Assembly (NCBI GenBank): GCA_002396805.1
Contig: DGYW01000058.1
Location: 118,747 to 181,416 of the forward strand
Origin: Firmicutes bacterium UBA4996
GTDB taxonomy: Bacteria > Bacillota > Limnochordia > Darwinibacteriales > Darwinibacteriaceae
Direction: 5' to 3'
Length of the DNA: 62,670 bases
Shown here piece after piece: positions 18,783 through 27,281 of the stretch. Under the pieces are notes generated by a model, which was not told where the DNA came from, ran no database searches, and saw nothing but the letters and a program-made list of their open reading frames with translations. Position 1 is the stretch's first letter; each line of letters opens with the position of its first letter. Both the position numbers and the translations under genes were made by a program.

Positions 18783-20030
18783 TTGAAGATTAAGGATGTC
18801 GTTTTATCCAAAGGGTTAACGGGGTTTTATTTCGACGATCAAAAGGCTATTCGACAAGGGAATTTTCGCGAAAATGGCCTTGCTTATGATGGTGATCCGG
18901 TGACACCAGGATTCACCAGCATTCGCCAAGCTGGCGAAAGCGTTTCTATTCAATTAGTCTTAGAGAGCGGGCAAGTAGCCTATGGTGACTGTGCCGCGGT
19001 GCAATACTCTGGTGCTGGTGGCCGAGATCCCTTGTTTTTAGCTGATGATTATATTCCCCTGATCGAGAAATACGTCGTACCCGTAGTAAAGGGAAAAGCA
19101 TTAACCTCTTTTAAGCAGTTAGCCAAAGAAGTAGATCAGATTAAAGATAGTAATGGTAAACTAATGCATACTGCCATTCGTTATGGAGTGACTCAGGCTC
19201 TGCTTGATGCGGTAGCCCGAAGCAAAGGGGTAACTATGGCAGAAGTAATCGTTGATGAATATGGTTTGGAGCTAACTCCCGAACCAGTCCTAATCTTTTG
19301 CCAAACCGGAGATGATCGCAAGATCAATGCGGACCGCATGATCATTAAGCAAGCAGATATGCTGCCCCACGGTCTGTTTAACAACGTTAATAAACTTGGT
19401 AAGAATGGAGAGCATCTTAAGGAATACTTAGCTTGGTTGAAGGAGCGGGTCCAGGAACTAAAGACATGTCCTGACTATCTACCTGATTTTCAAGTTGACG
19501 TTTACGGTACCATCGGTGAGGCTTTCAATAACGATATTGCTAAGGTAGGCGAATATGCAAGAGAGCTAGCGGAGATAGTTGCACCACATAAGTTGCTCAT
19601 TGAAGGACCCATCGAGTGCTCCACTCGGGATGAGCAAATTAAGGCCATGGCGGATTTGAGGACCTATGTGGATGAGCGTAACATTCCGGTCAAATTCGTA
19701 GTAGATGAATGGTGTAATACTCTTGATGATATCAAGGCCTTTACCGATGCTAAGGCTGGACATATGATTCAGATTAAGGCTCCGGATCTGGGGGGCATCA
19801 ATAATTCTGTAGAAGCGGTAATCTACTGTCACAAAAACGGTATGCTACCGTATTTGGGTGGAACCTGTAATGAAACAGAGCGTTCTGCTCAGATCACTGT
19901 TCAAGTCGCAGTGGCAACCCAGCCGAGACAGATTCTTTCTAAGCCAGGTATGGGTGTGGACGAGGGATTGTCTATATGCACTAACGAAATGAATCGTCTG
20001 GTGGCTCTTTTGAAGAGCAGAGCAAGGTAG
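18783..20030 (+). CDS. mal: 3-methylaspartate ammonia-lyase
   Basis: 415 aa. GLTGFYFDDQ...DCAAVQYSGAGGRDPLF...HMIQIKAPDLGG...GGTCNETERSA, colinear with my recollection of clostridial beta-methylaspartase. Confidence 0.95.
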   Translation: MKIKDVVLSKGLTGFYFDDQKAIRQGNFRENGLAYDGDPVTPGFTSIRQAGESVSIQLVLESGQVAYGDCAAVQYSGAGGRDPLFLADDYIPLIEKYVVPVVKGKALTSFKQLAKEVDQIKDSNGKLMHTAIRYGVTQALLDAVARSKGVTMAEVIVDEYGLELTPEPVLIFCQTGDDRKINADRMIIKQADMLPHGLFNNVNKLGKNGEHLKEYLAWLKERVQELKTCPDYLPDFQVDVYGTIGEAFNNDIAKVGEYARELAEIVAPHKLLIEGPIECSTRDEQIKAMADLRTYVDERNIPVKFVVDEWCNTLDDIKAFTDAKAGHMIQIKAPDLGGINNSVEAVIYCHKNGMLPYLGGTCNETERSAQITVQVAVATQPRQILSKPGMGVDEGLSICTNEMNRLVALLKSRAR

Positions 20031-20039
20031 GGGATAGAA

Positions 20040-20882
20040 GTGAGAGTAATTAAGTATGACGACATAGTGGCCCGGACTAAAGCCCTGTGTTTGGACGCTA
20101 ATCGGCATCTTCCTGCCGATGTCTTTGGAGCCCTGAAGCGCGCTCAAGAGCAAGAGGTCTCTCCCTTAGGCAAAAATGTTTTAGATACCATTTTGGAAAA
20201 CGCGGAGATTGCTCGCACCAAATCCATGGCGCTTTGTCAGGACACTGGTATGGTTGTTGTTTTCGCCGAGGTCGGTCAAGACGCACGGATTGAAGGTGGA
20301 TTACTCACTGATGCAATTGACGAGGGTGTGCGTCAGGCTTATGATGAAGGGTATCTACGCAAAAGCGTCGTTGGTGACCCCTTAGAGCGAGTAAATACAG
20401 GAGATAACACTCCCGCGGTTGTGCACGTCTCTTTGGTAGCAGGCGATCAACTGCGCCTGACTGTGGCACCAAAAGGTTTTGGTAGTGAAAACATGTCTGC
20501 CCTCCGTATGCTTAAACCTGCGGAAGGCGTACAAGGTGTGAAGGACTTCATTGTGGAGACAGTTACCAAGGCTGGCGGTAATCCCTGTCCACCCATTATT
20601 ATTGGAGTTGGGATTGGAGGTACCTTTGAAAAGGCGGCCTTGATGGCCAAGCGATCTGTCTTGCGGGAAATTGGATCCAAGCATCCAAAACCACACCTGG
20701 CTCAGCTTGAAGAAGAGCTCTTAGAACTGGTCAACAAAACTGGTGTAGGACCGCAGGGCTTTGGTGGTACGCAAACAGCCTTAGCCGTCTTTGTGGATAC
20801 TTATCCAACCCATATAGCGGGATTGCCAGTGGCCGTAAACATTAACTGCCATGTGGCAAGACATGTGGAGGCGATTCTCTAA
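20040..20882 (+). CDS. Fe-S type hydro-lyase alpha subunit (class I fumarase / tartrate dehydratase alpha type; candidate mesaconase alpha)
   Basis: 280 aa. ALCQDTGMVVVF, VAPKGFGSENMS, and IIIGVGIGGTFE motifs of the FumA N-terminal domain. Confidence 0.85.
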   Translation: MRVIKYDDIVARTKALCLDANRHLPADVFGALKRAQEQEVSPLGKNVLDTILENAEIARTKSMALCQDTGMVVVFAEVGQDARIEGGLLTDAIDEGVRQAYDEGYLRKSVVGDPLERVNTGDNTPAVVHVSLVAGDQLRLTVAPKGFGSENMSALRMLKPAEGVQGVKDFIVETVTKAGGNPCPPIIIGVGIGGTFEKAALMAKRSVLREIGSKHPKPHLAQLEEELLELVNKTGVGPQGFGGTQTALAVFVDTYPTHIAGLPVAVNINCHVARHVEAIL

Positions 20883-21748
20883 TGCACTATACTACTCTAG
20901 TTCAGGCGGTTTACTATGCGCCTAGGGGCCGCAAAAGGTTAATGCACTTGGGCATGCTAATTTCCCAGCGATATTTGGGTGCAGAAAACCGCCTGATTGG
21001 GGTGGTTGGTGACTCAGGGGCAGGCAAATCCCTATTGATTCGAGGGATGTTTCCTGGTCTTGTCTTAACAAATGACGATGATGGGGTGAACAACCGACCT
21101 CTTCCGGTCTTGGATGATGCTGGGAACGACTTTTTTCGGACCCACAGCTATCACTTAGATGTGCGTTTTGAAATGGCCTTTACTCCTCTGTGGGAGTTAG
21201 CTGATGCGGTTCGAAAGGCGGTCTCCAGTGGACATCGGGTGATTGTAGAGCACTTCGATTTGCTGTATCCTTTACTCAACCTTAACGCTGAAGTGTTAAT
21301 TGGGATTGGGGAAGAAGTTGTTGTTACTGTTCCCACTCTATTTGGTCCCTTTCCAGCTGAAGTGGCTCAGCAGGCCTTCGATTCCTTAGTTTATCGCAAA
21401 ATGGCCCATAGTGCAGAAGACCTTACTTCTGTAGTTTTCGAACAAATGGGGTTTGAGGCACCAACTATGCACAGCGATGTACGGAGAGGTTTTGTTGTGG
21501 AGTTTTCCCAGAAGCCAGAAGTTGATTTGGCCGAAGTGGAGCGCAGGGTACTGGAATATATTGCCCAGGATTTGCCGATTGGATTTTACAAAGACAATGC
21601 CATCTTAATCGGTGACGAGGTTTTGGAATGTACTGGGCCGCGGATTCATATGTCTTCTACGGGTAAAATTGAACGATTTCGTTTGGATAAAAGTTTTCAG
21701 TATTCGCCGATCACCAAGACTTTCTTGCTGGCCGGACGAGTTGGGTAA
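20882..21748 (+). CDS. uncharacterised P-loop protein
   Basis: 288 aa. Walker A-like IGVVGDSGAGKSLLIRG resembles the HPr kinase-type P-loop. Start overlaps the upstream stop (TAATG). Confidence 0.45.
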   Translation: MHYTTLVQAVYYAPRGRKRLMHLGMLISQRYLGAENRLIGVVGDSGAGKSLLIRGMFPGLVLTNDDDGVNNRPLPVLDDAGNDFFRTHSYHLDVRFEMAFTPLWELADAVRKAVSSGHRVIVEHFDLLYPLLNLNAEVLIGIGEEVVVTVPTLFGPFPAEVAQQAFDSLVYRKMAHSAEDLTSVVFEQMGFEAPTMHSDVRRGFVVEFSQKPEVDLAEVERRVLEYIAQDLPIGFYKDNAILIGDEVLECTGPRIHMSSTGKIERFRLDKSFQYSPITKTFLLAGRVG

Positions 21749-21761
21749 TGGGGTGAAGTCC

Positions 21762-22523
21762 ATGTCGGGGGCGATTAGGATTTTGCAGGCGGACGCGGAC
21801 AGCGTTTTCAGGCAAGATGTGTCTAGATATTTTGAAAGTTTGGAAGACTTTGTCTATATAGAAGGACTAGAGGCTGCAGACAGGATTTTAGATTCTATTG
21901 CAGAGCACCAGCCCAATATTGTTCTCTTGGATTTGGATTTACCACCACAGGGTGGTTTCCCAGTTCTCGGGGAAATTCGAAAACGTTGGAGTAACGATAC
22001 TTTACCTATAATAATGCTCGCCAGATCACATAAGGCAGAAGCTCATCTAACACAAGCAGTTGCTTTGGGTGCCAGCTATTTTATTCTCCGCCCAGTGGAT
22101 TTGGTGGTGCTGGAAAACCGTGTTCGGCAGCTCCTCAATACCACTCCCCTTGTTATTGACAATGGTTTATCACTAAAGCAAGTGCAGGAGATCTGTGTGC
22201 GCTATTTTGATGCCATGGGGATACCTCCCCACTACAAGGGTTATCGCTATTTGATCGAAGGGATTTGGTTAGCTTCCCTGCATCCAACTTGGTTAAGTTC
22301 TATGACGAAAAAACTCTACCCTGCCATTGGTCAGCGCTTTGGTACTAGTGGATCTCAGGTGGAGCGAGCCATGCGTTATGCCTTGGATATGACATGGGAA
22401 AAGGGCGTTCTAGAAGAATTGTATCGTTTGTTTCCCTACGAGGTGCGGGAAAACAAAGGCAAACCTACTAACTCCGCTTTTATCGCTAAGATGGCAGACT
22501 TGGTGGCTTTAGAAGCGGGGTAG
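21762..22523 (+). CDS. spo0A: sporulation master regulator Spo0A (receiver domain non-canonical)
   Basis: C-terminal Spo0A DNA-binding domain (HYKGYRYLIEGI..., SQVERAMRYALD, KPTNSAFIAKMAD). ATG 21762 follows GGGGTGA. The ORF-track start at 21612 overlaps the previous gene. Confidence 0.9.
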   Translation: MSGAIRILQADADSVFRQDVSRYFESLEDFVYIEGLEAADRILDSIAEHQPNIVLLDLDLPPQGGFPVLGEIRKRWSNDTLPIIMLARSHKAEAHLTQAVALGASYFILRPVDLVVLENRVRQLLNTTPLVIDNGLSLKQVQEICVRYFDAMGIPPHYKGYRYLIEGIWLASLHPTWLSSMTKKLYPAIGQRFGTSGSQVERAMRYALDMTWEKGVLEELYRLFPYEVRENKGKPTNSAFIAKMADLVALEAG

Positions 22524-22555
22524 CCAGACTAAACCCCCGAAAAAAACAGCATACT

Positions 22556-22584
22556 AAGAGAGACGGTAGAACCGTCTCTTTTTA
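22556..22584 (+). terminator. intrinsic terminator after spo0A
   Basis: AGAGACGG (22559-22566) / CCGTCTCT (22572-22579), loop TAGAA, then a T-run. Confidence 0.8.
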
Positions 22585-22602
22585 TCTTCCTAAGGGGGTT
22601 AC

Positions 22603-23721
22603 ATGATGCAAGGGAGAGTACGACTAGGCAAAAGAACAAAGGAACTAGCCCCTTTCTTGCAGCCACAAGAGATTGCCATTATTTCTCATCAGGACCTTGA
22701 TGCGATTGGTGCAACGGGATTAGTAGATGGAGGTGTTAGTGCGGTCATCAACGCCCAAAGCTCACTAACTTGCCGTTATCCGAATTTGGGTCCACAACTC
22801 TTAGTGGACCATGGTGTGTTGCTTTTGGATAGTGTAGGGGAAGAGATCTTTGACCTTCTGAAGGATGGTGACGTGGTCGAAATTAGAGGCCGGCGGGTCA
22901 TTCACGAGGGCCGAACCATTGCCGTTGGTACCATCGTGACTCCTTATCGAATTGAGGAAAGAACAAGGCTCGCCCGGCTTAACTTGCCGCAAGAACTAGA
23001 CCGCTTTGTGTCTAACACCCTAACTTATGCAGCTCAGGAAAAGCAAACCATTCTAGCTGACATGAGTTTCCCGCGGCTTCGGCACGAGTTAGCAGGTAAA
23101 TCCGTAGTAGTGGTGGTTAGGGGCCTAGGTTACCGTGAAGATCTACAGACCCTGGCTCCTTTCATTCTAGAGGCTAAACCAATTCTACTAGGAGTAGATG
23201 GCGGTGCGGATGCCCTCTTGGCTTCTGGGTATGATCCTCAGATTATTGTGGGGGATATGGATAGCGTCAGTGATCGGGCTCTTCTTTCGGGTGGTCAACT
23301 ACTAGCCCACGCCTACGGCGATGGTCATTGCCCTAGTGCTCTTCGCTTAGATCGGCTAGGTGTAGCCTATGATGTGGTTTCAGCGCCGGGCACTAGTGAA
23401 GATCTTGCCTTGTTAGTGGCGCACCATTACGGAGCGGAGCTTATTGTTTTGGTAGGGTCCCACTCCAATATGATCGATTTTTTAGAGAAAGGTCGGCCAG
23501 GTATGGCTTCTACCTTTTTGACTAGGTTAAAAATAGGTCCCATTCTCTTGGACGCAAAAAAAGTGAGCGAGCTCTATCAGTCCGGAAGTTCTCTCAGTGT
23601 TTTACCGGTGGTCTTTGCAGCTCTAATTCCTATCTTGGTTTTTGTTGGTTTAGCTTCGCCTTGGCGACAATATTTTCGCCTCCTTTGGTTACAGCTCCGT
23701 CTGATTGCGGGGTGGTTGTAG
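22603..23721 (+). CDS. steA: SteA-like putative cytokinetic ring protein (thiamine pyrophosphokinase-like domain, C-terminal TM)
   Basis: 372 aa. GKRTKELAPFLQPQEIAIISHQDLD...AVINAQSSLTCRYPNLGPQLL matches the SteA N-terminal pattern. Hydrophobic C-terminus. Confidence 0.65.
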   Translation: MMQGRVRLGKRTKELAPFLQPQEIAIISHQDLDAIGATGLVDGGVSAVINAQSSLTCRYPNLGPQLLVDHGVLLLDSVGEEIFDLLKDGDVVEIRGRRVIHEGRTIAVGTIVTPYRIEERTRLARLNLPQELDRFVSNTLTYAAQEKQTILADMSFPRLRHELAGKSVVVVVRGLGYREDLQTLAPFILEAKPILLGVDGGADALLASGYDPQIIVGDMDSVSDRALLSGGQLLAHAYGDGHCPSALRLDRLGVAYDVVSAPGTSEDLALLVAHHYGAELIVLVGSHSNMIDFLEKGRPGMASTFLTRLKIGPILLDAKKVSELYQSGSSLSVLPVVFAALIPILVFVGLASPWRQYFRLLWLQLRLIAGWL

Positions 23722-24366
23722 ATGAACTTTGGCTTCCGTTATCATTTAGCCTCTTTGATGGCAGTGTTTTTAAGCTTATTTTTGGGAATTCTGATTGGAG
23801 GTGCCCTATTTCAAGATAGTGCCCTCGTTGAAGAACAGGGGCTTTTGATTGCTGAAATGGAGACACGCTTCAAAGAAATGCAAGGCAATCTAGCCCACTT
23901 TCAAAAGGAATTAGATTTCTCGCAGGAGGCTTGGGTAGCATTGAGAGACACTTTTTTACAAGGTCAACTAAGTCAGAAGACCGTGGTTTTAATTACGGAG
24001 AAGGATGGCGATCAAGTTACTTTGATGCAGGTTTTAGAGTTAGCGGGTGCGGATGTGAAAACTTTGCCCCTCGAAGAACTAGACCAGATTACCCTAGCTG
24101 CGGATATGGCTATTATTGTACCGATAGCTAATTTAACGCTTGATACACCATCTAAAGGGGAATTGTATCGGCTAGTAACCGATGGCGCAAGCCTCGTCTA
24201 TGTATGGGGTAGGCAAGAAAACCCGTTTCTAGATGGTTTGCCTCGGGGTTTGCAAATTGATAGTGTGGATACGGTTCTGGGAGAGATTGCCCTCATTTTA
24301 GGACTAGCCAAGGGTAGCCTAGGACATTATGGCTTTCAAATGGGGGCGGAGGGGCTGTTTCCATGA
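23722..24366 (+). CDS. MctB-like 'copper transporter' family membrane protein (SteB-position partner)
   Basis: 214 aa. FRYHLASLMAVFLSLFLGILIGGALF N-terminal anchor typical of the family. Abuts the steA-like stop. Confidence 0.55.
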   Translation: MNFGFRYHLASLMAVFLSLFLGILIGGALFQDSALVEEQGLLIAEMETRFKEMQGNLAHFQKELDFSQEAWVALRDTFLQGQLSQKTVVLITEKDGDQVTLMQVLELAGADVKTLPLEELDQITLAADMAIIVPIANLTLDTPSKGELYRLVTDGASLVYVWGRQENPFLDGLPRGLQIDSVDTVLGEIALILGLAKGSLGHYGFQMGAEGLFP

Positions 24367-25064
24367 GAGTTGTTGCCCTTATCCCAGCTTATAACGAGGA
24401 GGCAACCATTGCGGCAACCCTTTCTGCATTAGCAACCATCCAACCCTTAGATGAGATTGTGGTGATAAATGATGGTTCAACCGACCAGACGGCAAACAGT
24501 ATCAAGCAGATCAGGGTTGATAGTCCCAACATCACTCTTCTCAACTTACCGAAAAACGGGGGAAAGGGTACGGCCTTAAATCGTGGGCGGGAAGTCTCAT
24601 CTGCAGATGTCTTTCTTTTGGTTGATGCAGATTTAGGTGAGACTGCTAGTTTGGCCCAAGAACTTTTAGCTCCTGTGTTACGGGGTGATGCGGATATGAG
24701 TATTGCCCGCTTTGGTGCTCAACAAACCCAGAACAAAATGGCCATGGGTTTTGGCCTAGTCCGCCGGACCGCTTGTTTAGGTGTGTGGATCCTAACTGGA
24801 AACACCGTCGCAAGTCCCTTATCGGGTCAACGAGCTATCACAGCTGAGTTATTGCACACCCTGGGGCCGTTTTTCGAAGGTTTTGGGGTGGAAATCGGAC
24901 TTACCGTAGGGGCGTTACACCATGGTTTTCGAGTTGTGGAGGTTCCCTTGGCTATGCAACACCGGGCCTATGGTCGAGGGCTAAAGGGTATTAGGCATCG
25001 AGGTCGACAGTTGGTCCATGTTTTTAAGGCACTTTGGCGATGTTGGCGAAGGGGCTGGTATTAA
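24363..25064 (+). CDS. family 2 glycosyltransferase
   Basis: 233 aa. VALIPAYNEEATI...VVINDGSTDQT...LLVDADL (DxD). Confidence 0.8.
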   Translation: MRVVALIPAYNEEATIAATLSALATIQPLDEIVVINDGSTDQTANSIKQIRVDSPNITLLNLPKNGGKGTALNRGREVSSADVFLLVDADLGETASLAQELLAPVLRGDADMSIARFGAQQTQNKMAMGFGLVRRTACLGVWILTGNTVASPLSGQRAITAELLHTLGPFFEGFGVEIGLTVGALHHGFRVVEVPLAMQHRAYGRGLKGIRHRGRQLVHVFKALWRCWRRGWY

Positions 25065-25826
25065 GTGTTTGGGGCTTTGATGTTGGTTGTGGCTACCTAT
25101 GTGCTAGTTCCTCTATTACAGCCACTTTTTGTTGCTCAATCTAAGCAGAACTATCATGGTCACTCAATTCCCTCGGCATTAGGCTTCACCTTCGTCTTGT
25201 CATCCGTAGTTGTGCTAATATCAGGTGGAGAAGGAATGCCTTACTTGTTCGCGATAGTCATGTTGTATTTTGCCCTCTTGGGCCTGGTGGATGATCTTTT
25301 AGGCGAGAGTGATTCGAAGGGTATTAGGGGTCATTTTGGACGAAGAACCCTGTCAACAGGTACTCTGAAAGCGCTGGGCGCAATGGGTTTCACATTTGCC
25401 TTAAGTCTGCGGCTCCCTGGGGGATGGTTGGAGACAATCATCAACGCAATACTCATTGCCTCTGCGGCTAACTTCTTAAACTTATTAGACCTTAGGCCAG
25501 GACGGACAGGGAAGGCCTTCATTATTTTTGCCTTCCCATTTATTGCCCTGGCACCTTCCCTGCGTGACTATCTACTATGGATATTGGGAGCGGTGGTTGG
25601 ATATTTGCCCTGGGATCTGAGAGAACAGGTCATGATGGGTGATACAGGTTCTAATCCTTTAGGGGCAACATTAGGTTTGGCGGCGGTCATGGTTTTACCT
25701 CAAACGGCGAAAACTATCTTGGCTTTAGTCCTCGTTGGTCTAAATCTGCTCGCTGAACGTATCTCCTTTTCTCGCGTTATTGAGGACAATCGGTTATTAG
25801 ATTTTCTTGACCGTCTAGGTCGTTGA
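25065..25826 (+). CDS. MraY/WecA-like polyprenyl-phosphate sugar-phosphate transferase (GT4 family), short form
   Basis: 253 aa polytopic membrane protein. GLVDDLLG, NFLNLLDLRPG, and MGDTGSNPLG motifs. Confidence 0.6.
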   Translation: MFGALMLVVATYVLVPLLQPLFVAQSKQNYHGHSIPSALGFTFVLSSVVVLISGGEGMPYLFAIVMLYFALLGLVDDLLGESDSKGIRGHFGRRTLSTGTLKALGAMGFTFALSLRLPGGWLETIINAILIASAANFLNLLDLRPGRTGKAFIIFAFPFIALAPSLRDYLLWILGAVVGYLPWDLREQVMMGDTGSNPLGATLGLAAVMVLPQTAKTILALVLVGLNLLAERISFSRVIEDNRLLDFLDRLGR

Positions 25827-25888
25827 AGGAGAATGGGATTTGGTGTGGAATCCCAAGACATATTGTTAATTTTTCGGGGGAAGATCTC

Positions 25889-26479
25889 ATGCGCAGTTTT
25901 TTCGCTGTTTTAGGAATTCTTATCTTGTTTTTTTCGCTTGCCCAAGCTAGCCCGTATCCAACCTACACTGTTCAACCTGGTGATACCTTGTATGACATTT
26001 CTATGGCCCACGGCATTTCTTGGCAGGAACTAGCTAGTTTAAACAAAATCAAAGAACCTACTAGCATGCAAGTAGGCACTGTTTTACGATTGCCATCCCA
26101 CTTGACACCACAATACGAGTTGACTCCCAGAGAGAAGGAACTGCTTACTAAGCTTGTTTACGCAGAAGCTAGAGGCGAACCTCTCGAGGGCCAGATCGCT
26201 GTTGCGGCGGTAGTACTAAATCGCGTCCGGAGCCCTAAGTTTCCTGATACAGTGTGGGATGTGATTCATCAGCCAGGGCAATTTACTCCAGTGGAGACGG
26301 GGTTATTACCGGGTACCGCTCGTGGAAGCGCAATTGAGGCGGTGGAGCGAGCGATCTTGGGGGAAGACCCGACTGGTGGCGCCCTTTTCTTTTACAACCC
26401 AACTACTTCTCAAGCTATGGACTACTGGAAAACCAAACCTGTATTAAAACGGATCGGTAATCATAACTTTGCCCTTTAG
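25889..26479 (+). CDS. LysM-domain cell wall hydrolase, SleB/CwlJ (hydrolase_2) family
   Basis: Signal peptide, LysM (YTVQPGDTLYDISMAHGISWQELASLN), and LVYAEARGEP...VVLNRV...VIHQPGQF. ATG 25889 follows GGGGGAAG. Confidence 0.8.
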   Translation: MRSFFAVLGILILFFSLAQASPYPTYTVQPGDTLYDISMAHGISWQELASLNKIKEPTSMQVGTVLRLPSHLTPQYELTPREKELLTKLVYAEARGEPLEGQIAVAAVVLNRVRSPKFPDTVWDVIHQPGQFTPVETGLLPGTARGSAIEAVERAILGEDPTGGALFFYNPTTSQAMDYWKTKPVLKRIGNHNFAL

Positions 26480-26508
26480 CTGAATATGAATACACGAGGG
26501 GTGATCTT

Positions 26509-27279
26509 ATGCGTGTATTCGTCTTTAGGGTAAAGTGGTGGTATCTGTGGTTCGTTCTGATTATAGCCTTCCTCAGCCTGCTTCCGCAGGTGCGAACACC
26601 GCTAATTATATCGGTAACTTCGCGGGGAAGGCTTATTCCTATTTACGATGTAAAAACAACAGCTAAAGAAGTGGCCATTTCTTTTGATGCCACATGGGGT
26701 ACGGAATTAACCGATGAAATCTTAGAGATCCTGCGGAATCACAAGATTATTACTACTTTTTTTCTGGCAGGCTATTGGGTGGATAAACACCCGGATTATG
26801 TAGTGAAGATTGCAACTGCGGGACACGAGATCGGCAACCACAGTTTTTCTCATCCTCATATGAATAGCCTGGATGAAAAGGGCATTGCCTACGAACTACA
26901 GCGAAACGAAAGTCTAATCTTTGACTTAACAGGTCAGCGTACCACGCTCTTTAGACCCCCTTTTGGAGAGTATAACAATCAAGTAATCTCGACAGCATCT
27001 GCCCTTGGTTACCATACTATTCAGTGGTCGGTAGACTCTTTGGATTGGAAAAACCTAACCAGCAATCAAATTTACGATCGGGTCATGGGTCAAATTAAGT
27101 CAGGTTCCATTGTGCTCTTTCATAACGCGGCCCCTGGAACTCCTGGGGCGATTCGACGCATAGTTCCAGATCTTCTTAAGGCAGGTTATACAATTGTGCC
27201 AATCTCTAAGCTTTTGCACCAAGGAGATTATTACATTGATCATGCGGGAACCCAACACCCAGGGAAAGGTGTGAACTAA
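26509..27279 (+). CDS. pdaB: polysaccharide deacetylase family sporulation protein PdaB-like
   Basis: 256 aa. N-terminal TM and NodB domain (ISFDATWG, TFFLAGYW, HEIGNHSFSHP). Confidence 0.8.
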   Translation: MRVFVFRVKWWYLWFVLIIAFLSLLPQVRTPLIISVTSRGRLIPIYDVKTTAKEVAISFDATWGTELTDEILEILRNHKIITTFFLAGYWVDKHPDYVVKIATAGHEIGNHSFSHPHMNSLDEKGIAYELQRNESLIFDLTGQRTTLFRPPFGEYNNQVISTASALGYHTIQWSVDSLDWKNLTSNQIYDRVMGQIKSGSIVLFHNAAPGTPGAIRRIVPDLLKAGYTIVPISKLLHQGDYYIDHAGTQHPGKGVN

Positions 27280-27281
27280 GC

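Noticed and set aside
21612-21761. N-terminal extension of the spo0A ORF (called start 21612).
   Set aside because: It overlaps the 3' end of the P-loop gene in another frame. The conserved receiver domain and a GGGGTGA RBS support ATG 21762.
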